A program made the position numbers and the translations under genes. The notes below the pieces were generated by a model. It did not search any database. It worked only from the letters and a program-made list of their open reading frames with translations, and was not told the DNA's origin. A stretch of 64,000 bases of DNA from the NCBI GenBank assembly GCA_027449685.1, contig DAIDLC010000009.1, positions 1,993 through 65,992 of the forward strand, in the 5' to 3' direction. This stretch comes from Ferrovaceae bacterium (GTDB lineage: Bacteria; Pseudomonadota; Gammaproteobacteria; Burkholderiales; Ferrovaceae). Positions within the stretch are counted from its first letter, which is position 1; each line of letters opens with the position of its first letter. Positions 25,857-35,457 of the stretch are shown one piece after another.

Positions 25857-27040
25857 TACCGAACCAGGGTGAATTTACCCTGACGAACCACGTAAACGAA
25901 GGGGGTTTGATGCGCATCATAACCACCAGGTTTCCCTTGATGTGGGGGCGCCGGGCGAAAAGAGAAGGGGCCCGTGGCGCCCACGAAGGAAACCATCGGC
26001 AGGGCAGCACGAAGCAATTCACGGTTTTTGTCCAGTTGCGGCGTGAAGGTAATTTTTTTGATGGTTTGAGCCACCATCATGAGCGCGTCATAGCTCTGAG
26101 CGGAGAATTGATTAGGATCGGAATGAAACTTTTGACGGTAGGCACGAAGAAAATGCTGGTTTTCTGCGGCAGCATTGCCATCAAACCAAGGGGAGCCAAC
26201 CCAGGTTCCTTCAGCCGCTGATTTGGCGTTGTCGATCAATGCCGGAGAATTGAAGCCATTCCCGCCAATGAAGGGCGCCGACAAACCCATTGCTCGGGCT
26301 TGAATCAGAATATTGGCGCCTTCTTCTGCCAGGCACGGGCAGATGATGGCATCCACCTGCGCTGCTTTGAGTTTGGTTAGCTGGGCCTTGAAGTCTACGT
26401 CGCCGCGGGCGTAGGTTTCGGTGTCCGCAATAGCGACCTGCTGCTGTTGCAGGGAGGATTTGAACACGTCATATCCGCTTTTGGTAAAGGCATCATCGTT
26501 GCCGTAGATGATCCCTACCCGGCGCAGTGGAATATGGGCCCCCACTGCTTTGAGTGTGGCTGGAACCACGTCGGACTCCATGGGAGACGAACGAAAGAGA
26601 TAAGGGCCAATGTCGGTGATTCCGGTGGCCGTGTTGCTGGTGCCAAAGGCCACCACATGGGCGGCATTGGCAATGGGCCCTGCAGCAAACATGGAATTGG
26701 ACAAGGTGGGTCCAAAAATGAGCAAGACTTTTTCCTGAAAGATCAGTTTCTTGAATACATTGATGGCTTCTTCCTTTTTACCGCGCTCATCTTCCGTGAT
26801 GAGTAACAGCTTTTGCCCGTTGATTCCGCCCGCGCTATTGATTTCGTCGGCAGCCAGTAAAAAACCGTTCAGGATTGGAATTCCGTATTGTGATGCAGGG
26901 CCTGTCAGGGCTTCGGCAACCCCTATACGGACAGGATCCGCCGCATGAACAGGCAAAACGCCAAGCGAGAGACACATCATCAGCATGCTAGCCAGGTAAC
27001 GAAAAGATGATGTTGCAACGGAAGTGATCGATCGTTTCAT
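25856..27040 (-). CDS. livK: Branched-chain amino acid ABC transporter periplasmic binding protein (LivK/LivJ family)
   Basis: Signal peptide MKRSI...LPVHA followed by ADPVRIGVAEALTGPASQYG. The start is uncertain (27040, 27052 or 27103). Confidence 0.85.
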   Translation of the reverse strand: MKRSITSVATSSFRYLASMLMMCLSLGVLPVHAADPVRIGVAEALTGPASQYGIPILNGFLLAADEINSAGGINGQKLLLITEDERGKKEEAINVFKKLIFQEKVLLIFGPTLSNSMFAAGPIANAAHVVAFGTSNTATGITDIGPYLFRSSPMESDVVPATLKAVGAHIPLRRVGIIYGNDDAFTKSGYDVFKSSLQQQQVAIADTETYARGDVDFKAQLTKLKAAQVDAIICPCLAEEGANILIQARAMGLSAPFIGGNGFNSPALIDNAKSAAEGTWVGSPWFDGNAAAENQHFLRAYRQKFHSDPNQFSAQSYDALMMVAQTIKKITFTPQLDKNRELLRAALPMVSFVGATGPFSFRPAPPHQGKPGGYDAHQTPFVYVVRQGKFTLVR

Positions 27041-27315
27041 AGGGTTGGTCATGGCCGGCATGGGATGTTGGGTTGGTGGGAGTGCGCAATGGCTTGGGAG
27101 CACTTTGGCATTTTAGCAGAAGGCCCGTAGAGGAGTAATCCTTTAAACCTGGGTTACAACATCCAGAATGGCTGGCTGTTGAGATACAGCTCCCTCGATT
27201 CTTGGCAGAGCGCTCCCGGGTTTGGCAGGGCTGGAAAACGCGTTGGGTTGGCAGCGCAAAATCATGTGGGTAAATTCGGATATAATGATCCTTCAAAGAG
27301 GAGACTTGACTGTAT

Positions 27316-27783
27316 ATGGTGGTTTACGATCTGTCCTGCCCACTGGAACACCACTTCGAAGGTTGGTTTGCCTCGGCATCCAGTTTTGAAAGTCAGCGTC
27401 AGGAAGGGCATCTGGTATGCCCCTTCTGTCAGTCGCGTGACATCTCCAAACGTCCTTCGGCACCCTACCTGCGCGAAGATACCCACGATCATCCGCACAT
27501 GTCTCATCCCGGTCGGGAAATGCTGGTGCCGTCATCGCCAGTCATGATGGTATCAGGCCAACTGGTCAATACGCTGCGCCACTTCATCCTGCAGCAAGTT
27601 CTGTCGCACACAGAAGACGTGGGAGAACAATTCGTGGCAACCGTTCGTGACATGCATTATGGGGATCAAGAACCTCGAAACGTGCGAGGAATGGCTTCGC
27701 AGGACGAAGTGCAGGAACTCCACGAGGAAGGCATCGAAGTAATGGTGCTGGGGATATCCGAGGAATCAACACCCCGTCATTGA
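27316..27783 (+). CDS. DUF1178 family zinc-ribbon protein
   Basis: MVVYDLSCPLEHHFEGWF...CPFCQS is the characteristic DUF1178 N-terminus. Confidence 0.75.
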   Translation: MVVYDLSCPLEHHFEGWFASASSFESQRQEGHLVCPFCQSRDISKRPSAPYLREDTHDHPHMSHPGREMLVPSSPVMMVSGQLVNTLRHFILQQVLSHTEDVGEQFVATVRDMHYGDQEPRNVRGMASQDEVQELHEEGIEVMVLGISEESTPRH

Positions 27784-27895
27784 AACCGAGTCGCCTTCTA
27801 TTCAGATTCCCCAATGCGCGCCAGACGGGCTTGCTGGTAAGCGCAACATGGACATTTGACCCACCTTGAAATTATGACTTGCCAAATCCGGATAA

Positions 27896-27911
27896 CTGTA
27901 TAAAAATACAG
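27896..27911 (+). promoter_or_regulatory. LexA box (SOS operator) of lexA
   Basis: CTGTATAAAAATACAG is a perfect CTGT-N8-ACAG palindrome. It overlaps a candidate promoter, TTGCCA (27879-27884), 17 nt, AAAAAT, and sits 16 nt upstream of the lexA ATG. Confidence 0.85.
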
Positions 27912-27926
27912 TCCATGGAGGCAGTC

Positions 27927-28535
27927 ATGACAACGCTCACCGCTCGACAACAGGAAATTCTTCACTGGATTCGTCAGTACATGGCTGAAAAGGGCATGCC
28001 GCCCACACGTGCTGAATTATGCGATGCCATGGGTTTCCGCTCCCCCAATGCTGCCGAAGACCACCTCAAGGCCTTGGCCCGCAAGGGTGCCATTAGCCTC
28101 CTGCCTGGGGCATCGCGGGGAATCCGTCTGCTGCAGGAAGAGGAATCGGGTCTCCCTTTGGTGGGCAGAGTGGCAGCAGGACAGCCGATTCTGGCCCTGG
28201 AGCACGTGGAAGCCCATCTTCAAATCGATCCGCGTCTGTTTTCACCTTCGGCGGATTACTTATTACGGGTCAAAGGTGAAAGCATGCGTGAGGCAGGTAT
28301 TCTCGACCAGGATTTGCTTGCGGTGCATCAAATCGCCACAGCCCGGAATGGCCAGATTGTCGTCGCTCGTGTGGAGGATGAAGTCACCGTCAAACGCTTT
28401 TATCAACAAGGCCCTTTGATTGCACTCCATCCTGAAAATCCTTTATTTCAAATCATTCAAGTGGATGTACGTTGCACTTCTTTTGCTATCGAGGGATTGG
28501 TAGTAGGGGTCATTCGTCATCAATGGAGCCATTGA
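27927..28535 (+). CDS. lexA: LexA repressor
   Basis: [18 protein letters not shown]... with the cleavage-site region VAAGQP and Ser/Lys catalytic motifs (GESM, VKR). 202 aa. GGAGG RBS. Confidence 0.95.
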   Translation: MTTLTARQQEILHWIRQYMAEKGMPPTRAELCDAMGFRSPNAAEDHLKALARKGAISLLPGASRGIRLLQEEESGLPLVGRVAAGQPILALEHVEAHLQIDPRLFSPSADYLLRVKGESMREAGILDQDLLAVHQIATARNGQIVVARVEDEVTVKRFYQQGPLIALHPENPLFQIIQVDVRCTSFAIEGLVVGVIRHQWSH

Positions 28536-28536
28536 C

Positions 28537-29097
28537 ATGGAACTCAGTGCTCAATACATCCCACCTTCCCACCACGCACTTATCTCGGGGGCGGACTATC
28601 TACGCCGTCTAGTTGCGTTTTTTCTTGGCCATTCATTCAGCACCTTGTCTCCAGCGCGGACTATTTCAAGAATTTCATCCAAATTCTCAATTTGTTTTGC
28701 TAACCCTTCTCAGGAAAATGCTTCCGAGTCGGATTGCACTCTCCTGCCGGGACGAGTTTATAGAATTTCTGGAGACCCAGACTCCATCGCACCACTTCAC
28801 GACCATTGGCCCATGCTGGCTCAATTGACGTGGCGAAGAAAATGGGTCGTCTGTGTTTCACCACCCATGGCGATCCCTTCCTCTTTACTGAATCAGGAAG
28901 GGATCAATGAAGCGCGCTTCATGGGGGTAAACGCCAAATCTGCCGAAGGACGCTCCTGGGCTCTCCTGCAAGCCTTGCAGGGCAGGCATTGTGGTGCCGT
29001 TCTATATTGGGGGGCATTGACCGAATCAGCCCAACGGCAGCTTGAATCGGTCGTGCAGGAGTCCGGAGTCTATTGCCTGTGGTTCAAAAGCGAATAG
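28537..29097 (+). CDS. sulA: SulA-like SOS cell-division inhibitor
   Basis: It starts 1 nt after the lexA stop. The C-terminal pattern WVVCVSPP...LLQALQGRHCGAVLYW..LTESAQRQLESVVQESG parallels Pseudomonas/E. coli SulA. The N-terminal half is unassignable. Confidence 0.6.
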   Translation: MELSAQYIPPSHHALISGADYLRRLVAFFLGHSFSTLSPARTISRISSKFSICFANPSQENASESDCTLLPGRVYRISGDPDSIAPLHDHWPMLAQLTWRRKWVVCVSPPMAIPSSLLNQEGINEARFMGVNAKSAEGRSWALLQALQGRHCGAVLYWGALTESAQRQLESVVQESGVYCLWFKSE

Positions 29098-29141
29098 CTT
29101 TTATAAAGGTTAAAATTCGGATCAGTGATCGGAAAAACCGT

Positions 29142-29459
29142 TCAACGTTTAATCAACAATTCTTCCAGTCGTCCACCACGGTCTAGATGTTCCCGTACCC
29201 AGCCTGGGCGTTTCCCTTTCCCGCCCGGCCACGTTTGCAAAGGATTGGCCGGGTTGGCATACCGCGCTTCACGCACCACAGCGACGGTCTTGGATTTAGT
29301 GGACAAACCCAATTCCTGGGCCGTCAATCCAAAGCGACGGATATTGTTGCGGGTGTCTTCCAGAACCTGTGCGCGTTGGGCATCAAGAATTGCCTGGCGT
29401 CGAGATTGTAATTCGGCAATTTGCTGGTCGAGTTGGCCCAAGTGTTCAATATGTTCCAT
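29142..29459 (-). CDS. hns: H-NS family nucleoid-associated protein
   Basis: N-terminal coiled coil and C-terminal DNA-binding motif TWPGGKGKRPGWV. 105 aa. Confidence 0.85.
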   Translation of the reverse strand: MEHIEHLGQLDQQIAELQSRRQAILDAQRAQVLEDTRNNIRRFGLTAQELGLSTKSKTVAVVREARYANPANPLQTWPGGKGKRPGWVREHLDRGGRLEELLIKR

Positions 29460-29593
29460 TTACGGTCTCCATTTATTGATTCATTAGGTTTTTAGGGTAT
29501 TGATTTGCTGAGAGGAGCAATCGTCAAGAGTTACTAGCATATTCAATTATGCAGTAATTGAATAGTATAGAGTATCCTGAAACTCAGGAATTA

Positions 29594-29617
29594 AAGCCAG
29601 GACGTTAGTCCTGGCTT
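29594..29617 (-). terminator. Stem-loop terminator downstream of rne
   Basis: AAGCCAGGAC, loop GTTA, GTCCTGGCTT: a perfect 10-bp stem. The trailing tract on the minus strand is TTAATTCC, which is only weakly U-rich. Confidence 0.55.
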
Positions 29618-29666
29618 AATCCGTCATTTTATCTGGTCGCGCCGGATTCAAACCAGCTCGAAAAGA

Positions 29667-32600
29667 TCAGGAAGCTTCCGTTTTGACGGTTTCTACCTGC
29701 ACCAATACTTGCTCGGTAGCAGACCCCTCTGAAACGGGTTTTCTGGGACGGCGTCGCCGTGGGACTCCACTTGGCGGGGCGCTCGCGGTACTGGTTTGCG
29801 GCGTGTCCCCTGGCTCGGCGATGACGGGTGTGTGGCGGGTTTGCACCATGATCAAACCCGAGTGGTCAGGGACATTCAAGGGTTCGCTGGCCAAGGAGGT
29901 GGCTGGCGCGCTGACGACCACTCCCGCCAGGGATGGGCGAGAAAGCTCGGCGGGGTGCAAGGTGGCCCCAGGTATGGGCGACGGGTTGAGGAAGGGTGTC
30001 CCAAACAAATCGGGGGTGACCTCAGCAACTGTCGGCGCGACTGACGATGGGACTGCCGAAGCAACCGACTCGGCAGGTTGCATATCTTCAGTTGGTTGTG
30101 GAGTCAAAGCCAGCTCGGCCTGCGTTGCCAGCACTTCAGGGGCGGCAACGGGGCTCGGAACTTCGGGTAAATCGCTTTGCATCAGATTGCGTCGGGGACG
30201 CCGCCGGGCCCGTTTTTCCCCCATATCGGTGTTTGCCAAGGGTTCTGGCCCTTTCTCCTGGTTTGCAGTGGAAGATCCGTCCACCTGCTGTGGCCCGGGC
30301 GCAGCTTCTCTGTCCTGAAGGGAAGAGAGCGGGCCCTGTGAAGTGGGCGTCGTGGCCAGTGAAGAGGTCGTCTGGGTGGTTGCAGGCTCGAGCTGCGCGA
30401 CCAAGGTGGGTGTGGAATGGGCGGGTTCCGGGGATTCTACCGTCAAGGTTTCGTGTGCATCCACAAGGGTTGGCTGTTGCAGGGGCGATTCTGCAAGACC
30501 ATCAAAGACCGGAGCGATGGCCCCATTGAAGGTACGGGGCCCACGTTCCCGACGTCCACCGCGGCGCCCGCGGCGCCGGCTTTGCCCTTCTCGGGCGCCG
30601 GTCTGACCCGCCGGGAGTGTTTCGGCGTCACCCGCCAAAGGGAGCTCGGGAGATTCCAGAGGTTGGCTGACGGGTAGTTCAACGGGACTTTGGTTCTCCG
30701 GGTTTTGTCCTCTGCCGGAATTTTTGGCTCCCTGTCGGCCTGGTCGAGCCCCATCGCCCATAGGCCGTTCCAACGGGGGAGTCTTGAGGGCGGGTGAGGC
30801 CGTTTCCTTTTCTGAAGATGGTGTCAAAGATTCATCGCGTTCCTTCCCCGGTTGACGGGGCCGGTCGCTTCTGTCGCGCGTACTGCGTTCGGGGCGTTGA
30901 CGTCGCCGTTCACCACTTGGACGATCCTGGCGCTCCCGCTCCCTGAGCGCTGGTGAGGAGAGGGTACTAACCGTGGATGATGGGGTGGCCTGAAGCGCAG
31001 CAGGGGTAGTCGGGTTGACTGCCTCTGGCTTGCCTTTGAGCCAGCCAATGATGGTCCCGAAGAGAGACTTACGTTCACGGGCCTGATAGGTATGAGGAAC
31101 CAGCGCAGTCGAAGTACTTTCTGGAGCCGGAGCGCCTGTGGGTGCGGGTTGTAAAGGAGTAATCCCGCGCACTACCGCCAGCGGACGGGGGGGGCGTTGC
31201 GTGGTGTTCTGGCCGCCATTTTTGAGAGGGACTTCTGATTCCTCTGGGGTTTGAACCATTTGATAGCTGGCTTCCAGCAGATCCATCTGATTGGCCTCGT
31301 CATGCTTGATGCGCAGGACATCATAATTCGGCGTTTCCAGATGAACATTGGGAATGATCATGACATGGACTTTCAGGCGTGCCTCGATGGCATAGATATC
31401 GGCCCGTTTTTCATTCAGCAAAAACGTGGCCACATCCACCGGGACTTGCGCCCGTACGATAGCGGAGTTTTCCTTCATGGCCTCTTCCTGCAGAATGCGC
31501 AGGATATGCAGCGCCGAAGATTCGGTGTCACGAATGAAGCCCGTACCATGACAGCGTGGACAGGCCGTATGACTGGTTTCGCCCAAAGAGGGTTGCAACC
31601 GCTGGCGGGATAATTCCAGCAGGCCAAAGCGGGAAATCTTGCCCGTCTGAACACGTGCCCGATCATAGCGCAGGGCATCGCGTAAGCGGTTTTCCACATC
31701 ACGCTGGTTGCGATTGCTTTCCATGTCGATGAAATCGATGACGATCAACCCACCCAAATCCCGCAATCGCAATTGGCGGGCAATCTCTTCGGCGGCTTCC
31801 AGATTGGTATTGAAGGCGGTATGCTCGATGTCGGCACCACGGGTTGCCTTGGCCGAATTGACATCGATGGACACCAAGGCTTCGGTATGGTCGATCACGA
31901 TGGCTCCACCCGAGGGGAGGGTGACATCGCGACGATAGGCGGTCTCGATTTGATGCTCGATCTGAAACCGGGAAAACAAGGGAACGTCGTCGTTGTACAA
32001 CTTGACTTTATGCACGTTACCGGGCATGACGTGACCCATGAATTGGCGGGCCTGTTCGTAGATGGCTTCGGTATCGATCAAAATTTCGCCAATGTCGGGC
32101 TGAAATAGGTCGCGGATGGCCCGGATCACCAGGCTGCCTTCCTGATAGATCAGAAAGGGGCCTTTTTCACCGCCCGAGGCGGCTTCGATGGCATTCCAGA
32201 GTTGCAACAGATAATTGAGGTCCCATTGAAGCTCTTCCACACTGCGACCAATGCCGGCCGTGCGAGCGATTAGGGACATCCCGGCTGGCACCTCCAGTTG
32301 TGCCAGAACGTCACGTAATTCGGCGCGTTCTTCCCCTTCCACACGTCGGGACACCCCTCCGCCCCGGGGGTTATTGGGCATCAAAACCAGATAACGCCCA
32401 GCCAGACTGATGAAGGAAGTGAGCGCAGCCCCCTTGTTACCGCGTTCGTCCTTATCCACCTGAACGATCAGTTCCTGCCCTTCCTTGAGCATGCTGGCAA
32501 TACGACTGCGGGAAAATTCACCATCCTGATTGTGCAAAAAGGTGCGGTTGATTTCCTTGAAGGGGAGAAAACCGTGGCGCTCCATGCCGTAATCCACGAA

Positions 32601-32768
32601 AACCGCTTCTAGCGAGGGTTCTACGCGGGTAATGACGGCTTTGTAGATATTGCTTTTGCGCTGTTCCTTGCCGGAATACTCGATATCCAGATCAATCAGC
32701 TTTTGTCCATCGACAATGGCAACCCGCAGTTCTTCTGAGTGGGTTGCGTTAAACAACATTCTTTTCAT
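29667..32768 (-). CDS. rne: Ribonuclease E
   Basis: The N-terminus [30 protein letters not shown] is nearly identical in pattern to E. coli RNase E. The Zn-link CPRCHGTG is present. The C-terminal half is a long low-complexity segment rich in Pro, Ala, Ser, Thr and Arg. Confidence 0.95.
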   Translation of the reverse strand: MKRMLFNATHSEELRVAIVDGQKLIDLDIEYSGKEQRKSNIYKAVITRVEPSLEAVFVDYGMERHGFLPFKEINRTFLHNQDGEFSRSRIASMLKEGQELIVQVDKDERGNKGAALTSFISLAGRYLVLMPNNPRGGGVSRRVEGEERAELRDVLAQLEVPAGMSLIARTAGIGRSVEELQWDLNYLLQLWNAIEAASGGEKGPFLIYQEGSLVIRAIRDLFQPDIGEILIDTEAIYEQARQFMGHVMPGNVHKVKLYNDDVPLFSRFQIEHQIETAYRRDVTLPSGGAIVIDHTEALVSIDVNSAKATRGADIEHTAFNTNLEAAEEIARQLRLRDLGGLIVIDFIDMESNRNQRDVENRLRDALRYDRARVQTGKISRFGLLELSRQRLQPSLGETSHTACPRCHGTGFIRDTESSALHILRILQEEAMKENSAIVRAQVPVDVATFLLNEKRADIYAIEARLKVHVMIIPNVHLETPNYDVLRIKHDEANQMDLLEASYQMVQTPEESEVPLKNGGQNTTQRPPRPLAVVRGITPLQPAPTGAPAPESTSTALVPHTYQARERKSLFGTIIGWLKGKPEAVNPTTPAALQATPSSTVSTLSSPALRERERQDRPSGERRRQRPERSTRDRSDRPRQPGKERDESLTPSSEKETASPALKTPPLERPMGDGARPGRQGAKNSGRGQNPENQSPVELPVSQPLESPELPLAGDAETLPAGQTGAREGQSRRRGRRGGRRERGPRTFNGAIAPVFDGLAESPLQQPTLVDAHETLTVESPEPAHSTPTLVAQLEPATTQTTSSLATTPTSQGPLSSLQDREAAPGPQQVDGSSTANQEKGPEPLANTDMGEKRARRRPRRNLMQSDLPEVPSPVAAPEVLATQAELALTPQPTEDMQPAESVASAVPSSVAPTVAEVTPDLFGTPFLNPSPIPGATLHPAELSRPSLAGVVVSAPATSLASEPLNVPDHSGLIMVQTRHTPVIAEPGDTPQTSTASAPPSGVPRRRRPRKPVSEGSATEQVLVQVETVKTEAS

Positions 32769-33150
32769 TATTCTATACTCCGCGCGCTGTGGCTCCGGAG
32801 ATCACACCAAACCCATGCAGCAATCCTGCGCAGCACATCAGGACTACAAGACTTCAGGTCTTCACTTCAAGTTGATTTCAAAGTGGTCGAAACATGATTC
32901 CGATTGGTTTTGGTCGTGTCATCATCATCCTGCAACAGCAGGACGGCATAAATGGTTGGTGCTTTCAGCGCGCAATTAACTTACCATCGCTACTTTTGGG
33001 TGAGCGAAATTAACCGTTGTTCCATATCTTGCACTTCGTCTGGAGGGAACGCGTATCTGGGTCAGTTACTGACGTGCAGCCGCCGTTTTGGAACTTTTTT
33101 CAACAGAAACGAAGTCGTCGAGCATCGAAGAGCACGGATAGCGGCTCTAT
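32769..33150 (-). promoter_or_regulatory. Long rne 5' leader/promoter region, divergent from rluC
   Basis: A 450-bp gene-free interval lies between rne and rluC. E. coli rne has a long autoregulatory 5' UTR in the same synteny. I did not verify specific hairpins. Confidence 0.35.
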
Positions 33151-33218
33151 GAATGAGGGTTGTGTGAATGGACAACCGCTGCATTGACTTTCAACTGCTT
33201 GGAATTCTAAATTAAATC

Positions 33219-34196
33219 ATGTCATTGCGCAAAGTTTCTGTAACCTGGCAGGAAATTGGAGAAGAAAATGCGGGTCAACGTGTAGACAATTACCTGCTAG
33301 CACAGCTCAAGGGTGTACCCAAAAGCCATATCTATCGCATTCTGCGCAGTGGTGAAGTCCGGATCAATAGTGGTCGGGTGGAAGCCACCTATCGGTTGAA
33401 GGAAGGCGATAAGCTGCGAATTCCTCCTTATCATGGTTCTGGGCCCACTCTGGGTAAAGCGCTGGAACCACCCCGTCATTTTGCCAAAAACCGCATGGGC
33501 GCCACGATTTTGTTCGAAGATGAGGCCTTGTTGGTCCTCAACAAACCCGCAGGTTGGGCCGTACATGGGGGTAGTGGTATCCAGTTAGGGGTTATCGAGC
33601 AATTGCGCCTGGAGCGGCCACAGAACAAATTTCTGGAATTGGTCCACCGTCTGGATCGGGAAACCTCGGGATTGTTGCTGATTGCCAAAAAACGATCGGC
33701 CCTGCGAGCCCTGCATGAACAAATTCGGGCCGGCGCCCTGGATAAGCGCTATCTGGCCCTGGCTCAGGGTGATTTTCCGGCGGGTTGTCAACGGGTTCAG
33801 TTGGATCTGTACAAGTATTTGAATGCGCAGGGAGAACGCCGGGTTGAGGTGCAGGCGGGTGGCAAACCATCGGAAACCATCTTCCAAACGATCAAGACTT
33901 ACCCGGGGGCTACCTTGCTAGAGGCACGCCTGATGACGGGGCGCACGCACCAGATCCGGGTTCATTTGGCGCACCTGCACCACCCCATCGCCGGTGACGA
34001 CAAATATGGCGACTTTGCCTGGAATAAAGCCTTACAGGGACTTGGCCTCAAACGCATGTTTCTGCACGCGCATACCTTACATCTACGCCATCCACTACTG
34101 GCTACTCCGCTGGATCTGAAGGCCCCATTACCCCAACCCCTGGAAGATTTTTTACAGCGCATGTCCGCGTGTGCGCCCAACGACTTCCGCGCCTGA
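33219..34196 (+). CDS. rluC: 23S rRNA pseudouridine synthase C
   Basis: The S4 domain QRVDNYLLAQLKGVPKSHIYRILRSGEVRIN and catalytic HRLDRETSG are present. It is divergent from rne, as in E. coli. Confidence 0.9.
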   Translation: MSLRKVSVTWQEIGEENAGQRVDNYLLAQLKGVPKSHIYRILRSGEVRINSGRVEATYRLKEGDKLRIPPYHGSGPTLGKALEPPRHFAKNRMGATILFEDEALLVLNKPAGWAVHGGSGIQLGVIEQLRLERPQNKFLELVHRLDRETSGLLLIAKKRSALRALHEQIRAGALDKRYLALAQGDFPAGCQRVQLDLYKYLNAQGERRVEVQAGGKPSETIFQTIKTYPGATLLEARLMTGRTHQIRVHLAHLHHPIAGDDKYGDFAWNKALQGLGLKRMFLHAHTLHLRHPLLATPLDLKAPLPQPLEDFLQRMSACAPNDFRA

Positions 34197-34203
34197 CCAG
34201 GGC

Positions 34204-35457
34204 TTATTCTTTGCTGGGTTGTGGGTTGACGCGCGCGCCTTCCTGGATAGCATCAGAGGGGTTGGTAATCACTTTGTCGCCGTCTTGCAAACCGGAAAGA
34301 ATTTCTACGGTGGTGCCAAAATCGCGCCCCGTTGCAACGGTCTTCAAGTGCACCACGCCGTGCTCGTCCAGAAGGGCCACCTTACTGCCATCAGAGCGAA
34401 TAATAAGGACATTTGATGGCACAATGATTGCAGGATCATCGATTTTAAGGGGAAAATGCGATTCTACATAACTGCCCGAGGCCAGTTCGTGGTGCGCATT
34501 GGGAACCAGGATTTCGGTGAGCATGGTTTTGGATTGAGGATCCAGAGCACCGGCCGTTAAATACACTTGCCCCTGAAATTCCCGCTTGGGAAATTCCGAC
34601 AGCGTGAGCGTAACGGACATTTGAGGGTGGACATAACGCGCCTGATTTTGTGGGACATTCACGTACAGACGCAGGCGATCCAGGGCTGCAAGGTGATACA
34701 GCCACCCCTTGGGGTCGGCGGTGTTGGGGTTGACCAACTGGCCCTTTTCCACATTACGCATAGTAATACGCCCGGAAAAGGGAGCCACCACGCGCTCGAA
34801 GTCTTTCAGTTCCTGATAGCGCCGCACATCCGCTTCGCTGGCATGAACCTCCGCCTCACGCGCCTGCATCAGGGCTTCCTGATCGTCCACGGTTTGCTGC
34901 GCAAGGAATTGACGAGCCAAAAGCTCGCGGGAGCGCTTCAAGGTAATGATTGCGATCTGCCAATTGGCCTTGGCAGAGGCCAGGGCCGCTTGCGCGTGGG
35001 CCAGATTTTGATCCACTTCAGGACTATCGATCACCAACAGGAGCTGACCTTGGTGCACATCTGCACCAATATCCACCAGCCATTGTTTGACATATCCGGT
35101 GGCCTGAGCATATAGGGCCGTATCTCGTTCCGGCTCCAGAGTGCCGGGAAGAACCATTTCCGATTCCGGCTTGGAGTGGTGGGCTACGATATAGGCCACC
35201 GTGGGTGGGCTGGCGATGGTAGCGCGTGGCTTTTGTCCCAACAGGCCAAAACGATTGATCAGGCCCAAACCTGCCAGAAGAAGCATCGCCATCCCTACCC
35301 AGACCAAGGGGCGCCATATAAAGCCAGAACGTGATTTGGTCGTCGTGGGCTGGGCTGGCTCTGGCGCGGGTGCCAGGGATGAATCATGGGGCAATGGGGG
35401 CGTCTTCATGGGTGGCTGATCGCAGTTAAATGGGGTCGGCATGGGCACTGACGGCAT
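34204..35457 (-). CDS. Efflux RND periplasmic adaptor (membrane fusion protein)
   Basis: It has an N-terminal TM anchor, a coiled-coil hairpin and beta-barrel segments. It is encoded downstream of the RND permease. An alternative start is at 35409 (MKTPPL). Confidence 0.85.
   Translation of the reverse strand: MPSVPMPTPFNCDQPPMKTPPLPHDSSLAPAPEPAQPTTTKSRSGFIWRPLVWVGMAMLLLAGLGLINRFGLLGQKPRATIASPPTVAYIVAHHSKPESEMVLPGTLEPERDTALYAQATGYVKQWLVDIGADVHQGQLLLVIDSPEVDQNLAHAQAALASAKANWQIAIITLKRSRELLARQFLAQQTVDDQEALMQAREAEVHASEADVRRYQELKDFERVVAPFSGRITMRNVEKGQLVNPNTADPKGWLYHLAALDRLRLYVNVPQNQARYVHPQMSVTLTLSEFPKREFQGQVYLTAGALDPQSKTMLTEILVPNAHHELASGSYVESHFPLKIDDPAIIVPSNVLIIRSDGSKVALLDEHGVVHLKTVATGRDFGTTVEILSGLQDGDKVITNPSDAIQEGARVNPQPSKE

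Noticed and set aside
27176-27189. A possible second LexA box, CTGTTGAGATACAG, upstream of the DUF1178 gene.
   Set aside because: The spacing is CTGT-N6-ACAG and not N8, so it does not fit the proteobacterial SOS box.
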